DNA from: Nitrospinales bacterium
Lineage (GTDB): Bacteria > Nitrospinota > Nitrospinia > Nitrospinales > JAJDAT01
Direction of reading: 5' to 3'
NCBI GenBank assembly: GCA_038154245.1
Contig: JAYOZP010000005.1
Coordinates: 7,307-71,306 of the forward strand
Length of the DNA: 64,000 bases
Under the pieces are notes generated by a model that was not told the origin of the DNA, ran no database searches, and saw nothing but the letters and a program-made list of their open reading frames with translations. The translations under genes and the position numbers were made by a program. Below, piece after piece: positions 9,748-20,321 of the stretch. Within the stretch, counting starts at the first letter, position 1. The number at the start of each line of letters is the position of its first letter.

Positions 9748-10443
9748 TTAGTCTTTCTTTATTTCCATTTTTTCCAAAAGATCTGGCCTACAACGCGCGG
9801 TTTTTTCTAAAGCTTGACGCTTTTGCCATTCTTTTATTTCTTTGTGATTCCCAGAAAATAAAACTTCAGGAGCTTTATATCCTCGAAATTCTCTCGGCCT
9901 TGTATATTGAGGATATTCTAACAATTCCTGTTCGAACGATTCCTCCTCAGAAGATCTTGGGTCTCCAAGAGCTCCCGGTATCAATCGAGCTACAGTATCT
10001 ACCAATACCATGGCTGGAATTTCACCGCCCGTTAAAACATAATCCCCAATCGAAATCTCTTCGTCTGCGTAATGCAAGGAGACTCTTTCATCCACTCCTT
10101 CGTATCTACCGCAAATTAAAATAATTCTTTTATGTTTTGCTAATTCTCTAGCTTTTTTTTGATCTAATCGATTTCCCGATGGAGACATTAAAACCGTATA
10201 CGTTGGAGAATCGTCGCTTTTTAACTCATCTAAGGCTAGAGCGATAGGTTCAACCCCCATCACCATGCCCACCCCCCCTCCAAAGGGATAATCGTCTACT
10301 TTTTTATGCTTGTTCTGGCTGTAGTCTCTTAGGTTATGAATAAAAATATCAATTAACCCTTTTTCCTTAGCTCTCGCAATAATGCTTTCTCGGAAAACGG
10401 ATTCAAAAATATCTGGAAAGATCGATAAGATATCAAACTGCAT
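9748..10443 (-). CDS. trmD: tRNA (guanine37-N1)-methyltransferase
   Basis: [13 protein letters not shown]..., DDYPFGGGVGMVM, CGRYEGVDERV. Confidence 0.95.
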   Translation of the reverse strand: MQFDILSIFPDIFESVFRESIIARAKEKGLIDIFIHNLRDYSQNKHKKVDDYPFGGGVGMVMGVEPIALALDELKSDDSPTYTVLMSPSGNRLDQKKARELAKHKRIILICGRYEGVDERVSLHYADEEISIGDYVLTGGEIPAMVLVDTVARLIPGALGDPRSSEEESFEQELLEYPQYTRPREFRGYKAPEVLFSGNHKEIKEWQKRQALEKTARCRPDLLEKMEIKKD

Positions 10444-10945
10444 CGCCTAAGCCTTCGATAAACTCAAAAGTCAAGCGATTATCCTCCAAATCAACCTCTT
10501 TTACGACCCAATCTATGGCGGGCAATAGCAATTCCTTTTTTCCGTTGCGAACTACATAAACGTCGTTGCTTCCCGTTTCCATGACCTCTTCTACTCGGCC
10601 ATGGTAAACCCCTTGGATATCGTATACTTCTAATCCTTCAATTTCGAACCAATAGTAACTACATTCCGGCAAACTCTGAAATTCATCGCGAGGAGCTAAA
10701 AGAACAGTTCCCCGAAGTTCGCTTGAGCTTTCAATCGAATCCCATCCTTTTAATTTGATGATATAAGGAGCCTTAGCTCCTCGAATCGATTCGATTTGAA
10801 TTTCCCGTATCGGATTTTGGTTCTCAAACGCAACGGTTTTTACATCTTTATAGAGATTTGGATTGGAAACAAAGGGGTAAAACTTTAATTCCCCCTTTAA
10901 GCCATGCGGTTTGGCAATTTTGCCAAAAGGCGCCCAATCTTTCAT
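10433..10945 (-). CDS. rimM: 16S rRNA processing protein RimM
   Basis: [15 protein letters not shown]-terminus, PRC-barrel C-terminus, operon context. Confidence 0.9.
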   Translation of the reverse strand: MKDWAPFGKIAKPHGLKGELKFYPFVSNPNLYKDVKTVAFENQNPIREIQIESIRGAKAPYIIKLKGWDSIESSSELRGTVLLAPRDEFQSLPECSYYWFEIEGLEVYDIQGVYHGRVEEVMETGSNDVYVVRNGKKELLLPAIDWVVKEVDLEDNRLTFEFIEGLGDAV

Positions 10946-11172
10946 TCAATAATTTCCAAAACCGCCCTTTTTTTCAGTTTTGTGGCAGTCGCATTTAGAA
11001 TGGTTCTCATAGCGCGGGCTGTCTTACCTTGCTTGCCTATCACTTTTCCTAAATCATCTTTGGCGACACGTAATTCCAAAACTGTAGTTTTTTCTCCTTC
11101 AACTTCTTTTAAATCAACTTCTTCAGGTTTATCCACTAATGACTTCGCAATCAACAATATTAGATCTTTCAT
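10942..11172 (-). CDS. KH-domain RNA-binding protein (YlqC-like)
   Basis: 76 aa with [18 protein letters not shown] (a GxxG KH motif). Located between rpsP and rimM. Confidence 0.85.
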   Translation of the reverse strand: MKDLILLIAKSLVDKPEEVDLKEVEGEKTTVLELRVAKDDLGKVIGKQGKTARAMRTILNATATKLKKRAVLEIIE

Positions 11173-11293
11173 AACTTACTCCCCGACCGCAAAATAATTT
11201 ACGATCTCCAGTTAGAGATAACAGCTACTCAGATTCGAGTTAACGCACAGCCTATTTAAAAACCAAGAAGCGCTTTAAGAATAACTAGGAAAT

Positions 11294-11545
11294 TTAGTTC
11301 TCTGTAACAATCCCAGCTTTTTTAATCAAAGCCGCAACCGTTTGGGAAGGTTTCGCCCCATTTTTCAACCATGATTGAGTTTTTTCAGGGTTCATCTTCA
11401 AACCATCTTCTTCTTTCAAAGGATCGAACGTACCTAATACTTCAATAAATTTTCCGTCGCGAGGGCACCGCTTATCAGCGGCTACAATTCTGTAAAAGGG
11501 TTTTTTCTTCGTCCCTCGCCGACTCAATCGAATTACTACAGCCAA
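11294..11545 (-). CDS. rpsP: 30S ribosomal protein S16
   Basis: [26 protein letters not shown]... Confidence 0.95.
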   Translation of the reverse strand: MAVVIRLSRRGTKKKPFYRIVAADKRCPRDGKFIEVLGTFDPLKEEDGLKMNPEKTQSWLKNGAKPSQTVAALIKKAGIVTEN

Positions 11546-11658
11546 ATTAGCCTCCTAAAACAAAAATTAATAAAATTAATCAGTTTACTTCCCAACCTTC
11601 TTACAAACACCCTTTGGTTTTTAAATAAACAAAATTAAAAAAATTTTCCTACCTATAA

Positions 11659-13005
11659 TTAAAATGGGCTAAATCCACGACCACCCATTAAATTATTCAT
11701 ATTCATTCCCCCCTTCATTTTACCGCCGGAGAATTTCTTCATCATTTTTTGCATTTGAGCGAATTGTTTCAATAATTTATTTACATCGTTTACTGTAGTT
11801 CCACTACCAGTCGCGATCCTTCGTTTTCGACTACTATTAATTAATTTATGTTTTTCCCGTTCTTTTTGCGTCATGGAATTTATAATCGCTTCTACTTTTA
11901 CTAACGCATTATCATCCACGTCCAGGTTCTTCAATTTTTGCGCCCCTGGAATCATTCCCATCAATTGACGTATAGACCCCATCTTTTTAATTTGTTGCAG
12001 TTGGTCCTGAAAATCTTCAAGCGTGAAGCTATTCTTTTTTAGTTTTTTCTCAAGTTTAGATTTTTGTTCCTGATCGTAAGCTTCTTCCGCTTTATCAATT
12101 AAGGTCAAAACGTCGCCCATTCCCAAAATACGGGAAATGACTCGTTCAGGATAAAACGGTTCAAGAGCGTCTAACTTTTCCCCTGTTCCGATAAACTTGA
12201 TGGGCTTACCGGTTACTTTTTTAATGGATAATGCAGCGCCGCCTCTAGCGTCGCCATCCATTTTTGTCAAAACAATGCCGTCTACCCCTATCGCATCATG
12301 AAACGATTTGGCAACATTTACGGCCTCCTGCCCCATCATTGAATCGGCTACCAACAAAGTTTCATTCGGGTTTACTTTATCTTTAATACGCCGTAGCTCG
12401 TCCATTAGATCTTCATCAATCTGCAAACGACCAGCTGTGTCTAGAATAACAACATGGGCTAAGGATTTCTTAGCCTGCAATACGGCTTTTTCACAAATAT
12501 CTACCGGATCTTTTGAGTCTCCTGGAGAAAAAACATCTACGCCTAAATCGTTCCCTAATATCGTAAGTTGCTCGGTTGCCGCTGGACGATAAACGTCGGC
12601 AGGCACCAACAAACACTTTTTACCTTCTTTTTTTAATTTTTTAGCTAGTTTCCCAGACGAAGTAGTTTTACCAGAACCCTGTAAACCCGCCATAAGCACT
12701 ATAGTCGGAGGGTTAGCGGAAAACTCGAGGTTTGAAACGGTCCCACCTAGTAACTCGGTTAACTCATCATTGACGATTTTCACCATTTGGTGACCCGGAG
12801 TTAAACTGGAGAGAATTTCCTGACCGATAGCTTTTTCTCTTATATCCGCTAAAAACTCTTTAGCGACCGAAAGACTAACGTCCGCCTCTAACAACGCGAC
12901 GCGGATTTCTCGTAGGGCTTCGTCTACGTCCGCTTCTTTTAACTTGCCACGGCCTTTTAATTTTTTGTATATAGCCTCTAGGCGATCTGATAAATTATCA
13001 AACAT
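11659..13005 (-). CDS. ffh: signal recognition particle protein Ffh
   Basis: GLQGSGKTTSSGKLA P-loop, DTAGR, and a Met-rich M domain. Confidence 0.97.
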   Translation of the reverse strand: MFDNLSDRLEAIYKKLKGRGKLKEADVDEALREIRVALLEADVSLSVAKEFLADIREKAIGQEILSSLTPGHQMVKIVNDELTELLGGTVSNLEFSANPPTIVLMAGLQGSGKTTSSGKLAKKLKKEGKKCLLVPADVYRPAATEQLTILGNDLGVDVFSPGDSKDPVDICEKAVLQAKKSLAHVVILDTAGRLQIDEDLMDELRRIKDKVNPNETLLVADSMMGQEAVNVAKSFHDAIGVDGIVLTKMDGDARGGAALSIKKVTGKPIKFIGTGEKLDALEPFYPERVISRILGMGDVLTLIDKAEEAYDQEQKSKLEKKLKKNSFTLEDFQDQLQQIKKMGSIRQLMGMIPGAQKLKNLDVDDNALVKVEAIINSMTQKEREKHKLINSSRKRRIATGSGTTVNDVNKLLKQFAQMQKMMKKFSGGKMKGGMNMNNLMGGRGFSPF

Positions 13006-13063
13006 AAATAAAAACCAAGAAGGGTCCTGTTTGGATTAAAACCTGTAATTATATAATAGCAAA

Positions 13064-13080
13064 GAACCTTGTCAAGGTTC
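13064..13080. promoter_or_regulatory. perfect palindrome GAACCTTG-T-CAAGGTTC in the ffh/queC divergent spacer (candidate operator)
   Basis: 8-bp arms around one central base, read directly from the sequence. Lies 44 bp upstream of the queC ATG. Confidence 0.3.
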
Positions 13081-13123
13081 ACTAAATTCTTTTTAAAAGC
13101 CAAATCAAAATAGATATTTTTCC

Positions 13124-13813
13124 ATGAATCTTAGAGCCGTTATTTTATTAAGCGGAGGATTAGACTCCGCGACCGTTCTTGCCATTGCTAAAAAGGATGG
13201 ATTCCAAGTATTTGCCTTAAGTTTTGATTATGAGCAACGTCATTCATTAGAGTTAGAAAAAGCCAAGGTCTTTGCCAAAAATTACAACGTGGAAAGACAT
13301 AGAATCGTAAAGTTAGATCTTTTCGGCGGATCGGCGTTAAACGACAATATTCCTGTGCCCAAAAACCGCAACGAAAATGAAATCTCCTCTGGAATTCCTA
13401 TAACTTATGTTCCGGCGCGAAATACTATTTTTTTAGCTAACGCTTTAGCCTTCGCAGAAGTTAATAAATGCGACAATATTTTCGTTGGAGTGAACGCTGT
13501 CGATTATAGCGGTTATCCCGATTGTCGTCCCGAATATATTTCAGCCTTTGAAAAATTAGCCAATCTTGCCACTAAGGCTGGAACCGAAGATGAAACCGAA
13601 ATTAAAATTCATGCGCCGCTTATTCGATTTTCTAAGGCCGAAATTATTCAAAAAGGTCTAGAACTAGGAGTCGATTACCGGTTAACACATAGTTGTTACG
13701 ACCCCAATAGCGAAGGGTTATCTTGTGGAGTATGCGATAGCTGTGTCTTAAGATTAAAGGGATTTCAAGAAGCCGGAGAAAAAGATCCCATTGATTATAT
13801 TCATGACTTTTAG
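13124..13813 (+). CDS. queC: 7-cyano-7-deazaguanine synthase
   Basis: [12 protein letters not shown]-loop and a C-terminal Zn cluster CGVCDSC. Confidence 0.95.
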   Translation: MNLRAVILLSGGLDSATVLAIAKKDGFQVFALSFDYEQRHSLELEKAKVFAKNYNVERHRIVKLDLFGGSALNDNIPVPKNRNENEISSGIPITYVPARNTIFLANALAFAEVNKCDNIFVGVNAVDYSGYPDCRPEYISAFEKLANLATKAGTEDETEIKIHAPLIRFSKAEIIQKGLELGVDYRLTHSCYDPNSEGLSCGVCDSCVLRLKGFQEAGEKDPIDYIHDF

Positions 13814-14065
13814 TGGCTAAAGCAAATTTGATATTTATTTCTAATTTTAAAGAAGCTAAATATAGAATTTTTTTTAACAAATCGCCTTCAAGTCATTTTC
13901 AAGTCTACACCTCTAAAAGTCGCCGACTTTTTGCCTCTAACATCCATCGAATCCCGCATCAGAATGTAACTCAATCGTTACACGACTAAATTAAAATTTA
14001 AGTTAATCTGCTCTCTACCTCGAATAACAAGTTTATTTCAACTTCATAAAAAGGTTAATCGAAGT

Positions 14066-14983
14066 TTGAAGTTTCCCGACTTTTCAGAAGAAAAAGAGAC
14101 TTTTTTTAGTAAAATCGTCGAACTTGCCGCCGATTCAATCCTCGCAATTAACGAAGATATGAAAATAGTCTTTTTCAATAAAGAAGCCGAAAAAACCTTC
14201 GGATATAAATCGCAGGAAATTATTGGGGAACACATTAACAAGTTAATCCCAGCCGAATATCATGAGCAACATAACCGACACATAAAAGAATTCTCAAAAA
14301 ACGGCGTCGTTGCGCGGTTAATGAATGACAGAAATGAAGTTGACGTAAAAGGCCTAAAAAAGAGCGGAGCCGTTTTTTTCTGCGAAATTTCTTTAATAAA
14401 AGTGGGAATGAAAGCAGGCACTTTTTTAGTAGCCATCTTAAGAGATATTACTAAAAGTAAAGAAAATGAAAAAAAACTTCAAAATCTTGCGGAAATAGAC
14501 GCTTTAACGGGAATTATGAACCGCGGGACAATTGAAAATGTTCTGAGGAGAGAATTTGAGAGGGCAACGAGATACGACAAAAACTTGGCCCTTCTTATAT
14601 TAGACATAGATCATTTCAAAAAAGTTAACGATGCATTTGGTCACGATATGGGAGATTTTGTCCTAAAACACTTGACTCTAATTTGCCGTGACAATATTCG
14701 CGAAGTAGATTCTATAGGTCGTTGGGGAGGAGAAGAATTTGTTGTTCTAATGCCCGAAATTGATTCCAAAGGCGTTTTTGTTGTCGCTGAAAAACTTAGA
14801 ACTTCAATAGAGAACCAACCAATAGAATTTGACTCGGGTGAAAAAATTCAAATTACCATCAGCATTGGAGGGGCTTTTTATAAAAAATCTAACCCAAAAT
14901 GGGAACTTCTTTTTAAAGAAGCCGACAAAGCTCTATATCAAGCTAAGGAGCAAGGAAGAAATCGGTTTTGTATGGCCGAATAA
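14066..14983 (+). CDS. PAS-GGDEF diguanylate cyclase
   Basis: TTG start. PAS (ILAINEDMKIVFFNKEAEKTFGY), then GGDEF with RWGGEEF and KVNDAFGH. Confidence 0.9.
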   Translation: MKFPDFSEEKETFFSKIVELAADSILAINEDMKIVFFNKEAEKTFGYKSQEIIGEHINKLIPAEYHEQHNRHIKEFSKNGVVARLMNDRNEVDVKGLKKSGAVFFCEISLIKVGMKAGTFLVAILRDITKSKENEKKLQNLAEIDALTGIMNRGTIENVLRREFERATRYDKNLALLILDIDHFKKVNDAFGHDMGDFVLKHLTLICRDNIREVDSIGRWGGEEFVVLMPEIDSKGVFVVAEKLRTSIENQPIEFDSGEKIQITISIGGAFYKKSNPKWELLFKEADKALYQAKEQGRNRFCMAE

Positions 14984-14994
14984 TTTATTTCCTT

Positions 14995-16122
14995 TTAAAT
15001 AACCTGCTCATAAATTTCGATGGTTTTCTTGGCGGCGGATTCCCAAGAGAATCTTTCCTTAGCCCTTTCCTGGCCTAATTGAGCCATTTCAACAGATCTT
15101 TTTTTATTTTCCAACGCTTCTATAATTGCCTCGGCCAAATCTTCAGGCGATCGAGGGGGGACAACCCTACCTGTGACTCCATCTTCCACAATTTCCGGAA
15201 GCGCCCCCGCTCTGGTGCAAACAATGGGAAGGTTTGCGGCCTGAGCCTCGGAAACGGCTAATCCAAAGCTCTCTATCCTCGACGGAAACACTCCTAACGC
15301 GCTCCTACTCGCCAGCTTTTGAATTTCTTTTGAAGATTTCCAATTCAAACAATTAATGTTTAAATTTGATTCTCTAATTCGATTTCTATAAGAAATCTCT
15401 TGGTTCCCTTCGCCAATCAGGTTGAGTTCTACCGGCCCTCGACGTTTCTGGACTAGTTCCATAGCCTTTAATAATTCAGGAATACCTTTCTCATCTTCTA
15501 ATCTTCCCCAAAAAATAATCTCATCGCAACTGCCTGGATTTCTAGTCACATCAAACCAAGAAGGGTCTATCCCAGGGGAAACCACTTGAATGCGTTCTAA
15601 ACTTGCGTCTCCTAAACCGTCCGCAATTAAATTACGGGAAAATTCGCTAAAAGCAATCAAACGATCCGCGTTTGCGGCGGCTTGTCTTAGCAAATAAAAA
15701 TTAACGTTTTTAAGAAAAAAAATTGGAGAAATAAGAGCCTTCAGAATACCTGTTTTTGGAATAAAAGGCGCATGAGAAGTAAAAACATGAGCGGTCGAAT
15801 CGTTGCGGGAAACCCACCGGAAAAAACAAGCTTCTTCCGCGTTACCATGAAAAACATTGAATTTATGTTTTCGAGCCAATTGCCACGCTTTTAATCCAAA
15901 CGAAAAAATATTTAAATTAATGGTCGCAACATTGAAATGGCGAACCCAATGTATATGATAACTGGCGGAGGCTTCTACTTCCTCTCCTGGTTGTTTGGAA
16001 TAAATTACGTGGACTTCATGCCCTAGATTGGACAACGCAGAGGCTAAAAAATGAACGGCGATTTGCCCACCTCCTTTAAATTTAGACCAAGGGGAAGAAT
16101 TTACCGAAAGACAAATTTTCAA
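14995..16122 (-). CDS. glycosyltransferase family 4 (GT-B)
   Basis: C-terminal ESFGLAVSEAQAANLPIV (E-x7-E type motif); N-terminal GGGQIAV. Confidence 0.85.
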   Translation of the reverse strand: MKICLSVNSSPWSKFKGGGQIAVHFLASALSNLGHEVHVIYSKQPGEEVEASASYHIHWVRHFNVATINLNIFSFGLKAWQLARKHKFNVFHGNAEEACFFRWVSRNDSTAHVFTSHAPFIPKTGILKALISPIFFLKNVNFYLLRQAAANADRLIAFSEFSRNLIADGLGDASLERIQVVSPGIDPSWFDVTRNPGSCDEIIFWGRLEDEKGIPELLKAMELVQKRRGPVELNLIGEGNQEISYRNRIRESNLNINCLNWKSSKEIQKLASRSALGVFPSRIESFGLAVSEAQAANLPIVCTRAGALPEIVEDGVTGRVVPPRSPEDLAEAIIEALENKKRSVEMAQLGQERAKERFSWESAAKKTIEIYEQVI

Positions 16123-16163
16123 AACGTAATTCTAACGAAGAAAAAAAAATTAGAGGATTAAAC

Positions 16164-16270
16164 TTAAGAGGACCTCTAATAAATTGGTATTTTTAAAAGC
16201 TTTTTGTCGGCTAGCTTTTGTTTTAAAAACTAATTTTTTTGCCAATTGGAGTTTTTTAAAGTTTCTCTAA
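16164..16270. repeat. TTAA-bounded inverted-repeat intergenic element, copy E (107 bp)
   Basis: Left arm TTAAGAGGACCTCTAATAAATTGGTATTTT. Reverse complement of the right arm TTAGAGAAACTTTAAAAAACTCCAATTGGC. Core stem AAAAGCT/AGCTTTT. Lies between the TPR and GT4 genes (both minus strand). Confidence 0.65.
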
Positions 16271-16294
16271 CTTAGCCCTATTAATTAGCGTAAC

Positions 16295-17110
16295 TCAATT
16301 TTGAGTAGGCGTTTCGTTCGAAGAATCTTCAAAATCTTTTGGTTCGTAGCCATATTCTTCATATAACTCATTTATGTATTCTTCCACCTCAAGAATTGCC
16401 TCTTTGGAATCCATTTCTTCTTCCATTAAAGCTTTAGCGATTCGTAAATGCAAAATCGCTTTAAAACCGTCCTGATTTGCGTCGTATGCTAAAGCTAAAT
16501 TATGATGGGCTTCTAAATAATCAGGTTCTAATTTAATTGCGTCCTGGTATTTTTGGATGGCCGGTTCAATACGATCTAATTTTGCGTATATGGAACCTAA
16601 TCCAAAATTAGCTTCGGCGTCTTCTGGGTCTAATTTTACCGCTTTTTCGCAAGCTTCAGCGGCTTCGCCTAATTTTTCCATTCCATCATAGATGGCGGCA
16701 AGAAGGAGATGAAATTCAGGTTCCTCTGAATTAAGCCTAACAGCCTCCTTACAAGCGACTAACGCTTCTTCTAATTTGTCAATTTTGCCTAGTACCTTGG
16801 CTAAACTAAAATGAGCTACCGAATGCTCCGGACACATTTGAATAACTTCTCGATACATTTGTTCGGCCTTGGAAACGTCGTCGCCTTCTTCATATATTGA
16901 TCCTAAAATAAATCGAGACTCGGCGTCTTTAGGATCCGCTTTTATTCTAGCCTCAAAATCCTCGATTATCTTGGAATAGCCTTGTTCTAGATTTTCTTCG
17001 CGATCCTCTCCTTCCATGGATTCTCCTTTAAAGTAGCGTTTTTTAAGAGGCGGATTATTAGGGATTCCTATATAAGCTGATTTTCTATACTGGCTTTTTT
17101 CATCCGTCAA
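16295..17110 (-). CDS. TPR-repeat protein
   Basis: Multiple 34-aa TPR units (AEANFGLGSIYAKLDRIEPAIQKYQDAIKLEPDY...). Confidence 0.85.
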   Translation of the reverse strand: MTDEKSQYRKSAYIGIPNNPPLKKRYFKGESMEGEDREENLEQGYSKIIEDFEARIKADPKDAESRFILGSIYEEGDDVSKAEQMYREVIQMCPEHSVAHFSLAKVLGKIDKLEEALVACKEAVRLNSEEPEFHLLLAAIYDGMEKLGEAAEACEKAVKLDPEDAEANFGLGSIYAKLDRIEPAIQKYQDAIKLEPDYLEAHHNLALAYDANQDGFKAILHLRIAKALMEEEMDSKEAILEVEEYINELYEEYGYEPKDFEDSSNETPTQN

Positions 17111-17289
17111 GATAGTTTTATGTTATACTCCACCGGTTAAATATCCTCAATCTTTTTAAGAGTTAAGGACAATTCACAAAACCTCTTTTCCTTAAATTTG
17201 AAAAAAAATTATAAGGAACCTCAAAAAATTACTAAATATTTTCTTTGAATCTGTAACGAACCTTCTCAGCTTTTTCTTTTTTCTGGCAT

Positions 17290-18300
17290 ATGGCCTCAAG
17301 TTCTAAAACTATTCTAATTACCGGCGGCGCTGGATTTATTGGCAGTAATTTCGTCAATCATATTTTTCGTAATTATCCAAATTACAAAATTATCCTGCTA
17401 GACGCGTTAACTTATGCGGGCAATTTAGATAATTTAGCGCCAGAAATGAAACGCGACGATCGCTTTAGATTTTACCATGGAAACATAACGCGGGCGGATA
17501 TCGTAAACGCATTAGTCGAACAAAGCGATGTGGTTGTTCATTTCGCGGCGGAATCTCACGTTACTCGGTCTATATACGACAACACCATCTTCTTTACAAC
17601 CGATGTGCTTGGCACTCAAATCTTAGCCAACGCAGTCGTAAATCATCCCGTTGAACGTTTTATTCATATTTCATCTTCGGAAGTCTACGGAACGGCCATA
17701 TCAGACGCTATGGACGAAGATCATCCCCTCAACCCGCTAAGTCCTTACGCGGCGGCAAAAGCGGGAGCGGATCGTCTAGTTTATTCTTATATGCACACTT
17801 ATGGAATTCCCGCCGTTATTGTACGCCCTTTCAATAATTATGGTCCTTGTCAACACATAGAAAAGGCAATACCGAACTTCATAGTCAGCGCGTTACAAAA
17901 CGAGCCTGTGACTATACATGGACAAGGTCTTAGTTCTAGAGATTGGACATTTGTTTCAGACACATGCAAAGGGGTTGATAAAATTCTCCACGTCGATTTA
18001 GAAACCGTAAAAGGTCAAACAATCAATTTAGGTTCTGAAGAAGATGTTAACGTTTTAGATATCGCCAAAAAGATTTTGAAAATTCTGGATAAACCAGAAA
18101 GCTTATTAAATTATATTGAAGACCGCCCTGGACAAGTTTCCCGCCATATTGCTTCCGCTCAAAAAGCTAAAAATCTGCTTGATTGGGAAGCCACTATCAA
18201 ATTGGAAGAGGGGTTGGAAAAAACTGTGGAATTTTATCGCAATAATCCAAAATGGTGGGAGCGTTACCTTTGGATGAAAGAGCTTTGGGAAAAAAACTGA
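17290..18300 (+). CDS. rmlB: dTDP-glucose 4,6-dehydratase-like NAD-dependent sugar dehydratase
   Basis: GGAGFIGSNF Rossmann motif, LDALTYAGNLDNL, and catalytic YAAAKAGAD (YxxxK). Confidence 0.8.
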   Translation: MASSSKTILITGGAGFIGSNFVNHIFRNYPNYKIILLDALTYAGNLDNLAPEMKRDDRFRFYHGNITRADIVNALVEQSDVVVHFAAESHVTRSIYDNTIFFTTDVLGTQILANAVVNHPVERFIHISSSEVYGTAISDAMDEDHPLNPLSPYAAAKAGADRLVYSYMHTYGIPAVIVRPFNNYGPCQHIEKAIPNFIVSALQNEPVTIHGQGLSSRDWTFVSDTCKGVDKILHVDLETVKGQTINLGSEEDVNVLDIAKKILKILDKPESLLNYIEDRPGQVSRHIASAQKAKNLLDWEATIKLEEGLEKTVEFYRNNPKWWERYLWMKELWEKN

Positions 18301-18367
18301 CCAAATCTCGAAACCTCCACAACGTCTCTATCCTTAATGGGCTTTAAATTTCCCGGAACTTAAACCC

Positions 18368-19063
18368 ATGCGCGTAGCCATCCTACAACCATCTTATTTA
18401 CCTTGGATTGGGTATTTCGACCAAATCGCAAAAGTCGATCGATTCATTTACCTTGACGATATCCAATTCACTCGACGCGACTGGAGAAATAGAAATAAAA
18501 TTAGAACAGCGGAAAGCTGGACTTGGTTAACGGTTCCCGTTATCCAAAAAAATCGGTACGCTCAAACGCTTCTTGAAACTCAGATCGATTCCGCGTCTAA
18601 TTGGCGAACGAAGCACCTTAACTCTATTCGCCATAATTATATAAAAACGAGGTTTTTTGACCTTTATTTTCCTAAAATCGAGACGATAATAAATAAAGAT
18701 TGGGATTTACTGGTAGATTTATGTTTGGAATTGACTGAAAATTTAAAAAACTGGTTAGAAATATCAACGCCCACTATTAGATCCTCCGAGCTAAACGTAA
18801 GCGAAAAAAAAGGCGATAAAATTTTAGCTCTATGTCGCAAACTGGAAGCGACTCATTATTTAACAGGCGACTTAGCTAGAGACTATCTGAACGAATCTGA
18901 ATTTTTAAGCTATAATATTCGACTGGAATATCATAATTATACGCATCCAACTTATCCACAAAGGTATCCGGGATTCGTTCCGTATATGTCAATTATTGAC
19001 TTATTATTTAACCAAGGCGAAAAAAGCCTAGAAATCTTAAAACAAACTCAAGAGTCTTCGTAA
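18368..19063 (+). CDS. WbqC-family protein
   Basis: MRVAILQPSYLPWIGYFDQI... is the typical WbqC-like N-terminus as I recall it. Glycan-cluster context. Confidence 0.75.
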   Translation: MRVAILQPSYLPWIGYFDQIAKVDRFIYLDDIQFTRRDWRNRNKIRTAESWTWLTVPVIQKNRYAQTLLETQIDSASNWRTKHLNSIRHNYIKTRFFDLYFPKIETIINKDWDLLVDLCLELTENLKNWLEISTPTIRSSELNVSEKKGDKILALCRKLEATHYLTGDLARDYLNESEFLSYNIRLEYHNYTHPTYPQRYPGFVPYMSIIDLLFNQGEKSLEILKQTQESS

Positions 19064-19093
19064 ACTGCGAAGATCGAAATTACTAAAAAACAC

Positions 19094-20206
19094 ATGGGCA
19101 ATCCATTTACAATAAAAAACCTGCAAAAGCAACTGCCTCGGTTGTACTCCACCATTCCCTTTTATTTATGGTCTAAATACGCCTTTCCACCAATGCATGT
19201 TTATTTTGAAGTGACCTATCGCTGTAATTTACGTTGCGACATGTGCCATTTTTTAGAAATTATTGAAGATACGGAAAAAAATAAAACTTATAAAAACGAA
19301 ATTAGTACAGAAACAATAAAAGATACTATTAGCAAAATTCCTCGATACGCAGTAATTACTTTCACTGGCGGGGAAGCCTTCATGAAAAAAGATTTCTTAG
19401 ATATTATGGAGTTTGCCGCAGCCCGTAACAAAGTCCATATCATAACTAACGGCACTTCTTTGAATGAAGCGGTTGTAGACAAAATTCTGAAAAACAGACT
19501 GAAATCTTTTTGGGGCTCTGGATTATTTTTTCTAGGAGTCTCCTTAGAAGGAAAAGAAGAGTTTCACGATCATTGTACACAGATACCCGGGTCGTTTCGA
19601 AAAACCACTAAAGGCCTAGAAAGATTAGTAGAGACAAAAAAACGCCTGGGTTCTCGCTATCCCATGCTTCACTTAACTTGCGTCATCGGCAAAAACAACG
19701 TAGAAGATTTAGCTTATCTATATGACTACGCAGAAGAACTTGGCATCGATGTTTGTAATTTTGTTTTAAGCAATCCAGCCGAATACTGGCATGGTAAAGG
19801 TTACGATCAAGCGGAACAATTAAGCTCTAAACCACAACCTGTCGAAGAAATTGACCCTAAGACTCTTATCGAGCAATTAGATCTTTTAGAAGTTAAAAGC
19901 AAAACCTTTAATACTCAGTTAAGGTATTCCCCTAATGGGATCACTAAAAAAGAAATTCTTAGATATTACTCAAATAAAAGTTCTTATAAAGATTACCGTT
20001 GTTTTTCGCCTTGGGCCAAAGTAGGAGTTTCAGCTTATGGAGATGTATTTAGCTGCCCGCACTATCGTCTTGGCAATATTTTGGAGTCTAACAACGAAAT
20101 AAATTGGAACTCTAAAGACCATCAAATGTTTCGGCAATCTCTAAAAAACGAATCGATCTTTCCCGGTTGTTTAGGTTGTTGCCAATCTGAGTACGTCGGA
20201 AACTAA
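19094..20206 (+). CDS. radical SAM protein with a SPASM-like C-terminal Cys cluster
   Basis: CNLRCDMCH (Cx3Cx2C). C-terminal CFSPW...CPH...CLGCC. Confidence 0.85.
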   Translation: MGNPFTIKNLQKQLPRLYSTIPFYLWSKYAFPPMHVYFEVTYRCNLRCDMCHFLEIIEDTEKNKTYKNEISTETIKDTISKIPRYAVITFTGGEAFMKKDFLDIMEFAAARNKVHIITNGTSLNEAVVDKILKNRLKSFWGSGLFFLGVSLEGKEEFHDHCTQIPGSFRKTTKGLERLVETKKRLGSRYPMLHLTCVIGKNNVEDLAYLYDYAEELGIDVCNFVLSNPAEYWHGKGYDQAEQLSSKPQPVEEIDPKTLIEQLDLLEVKSKTFNTQLRYSPNGITKKEILRYYSNKSSYKDYRCFSPWAKVGVSAYGDVFSCPHYRLGNILESNNEINWNSKDHQMFRQSLKNESIFPGCLGCCQSEYVGN

Positions 20207-20321
20207 AGTTATAGATAGTTTTTAAAAACTATTACTTTTATTAATTTGTTATTGCTTGGCCCACGATCTTAAAGCCTGGCATTTGAAAACTTTTTTTCAC
20301 GTATAGCTAAGCTTCAAAAAA

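Noticed and set aside
9684-10124. 146-aa plus-strand ORF, along with many other 60-130-aa ORFs in the track. Examples are 747..968, 1810..2073, 2100..2282, 3078..3470, 3579..3761, 6048..6263, 8640..8834, 10904..11197, 12308..12592, 41533..41820, 41658..41861, 49395..49619, 51037..51303, 56729..57037, 59175..59456 and 61455..61667.
   Set aside because: All lie antisense to, or out of frame inside, longer ORFs that carry clear family motifs (trmD, MCP, ffh, smc and others). Their translations are low-complexity or look like mirror-frame artefacts.
13006-13123. A preQ1 riboswitch upstream of queC.
   Set aside because: The only structure is a GAACCTTG-T-CAAGGTTC palindrome. It lacks the preQ1-I layout of a 5-bp P1 stem, a C-containing loop and an A-rich ACUA tail. 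It looks more like a protein operator.
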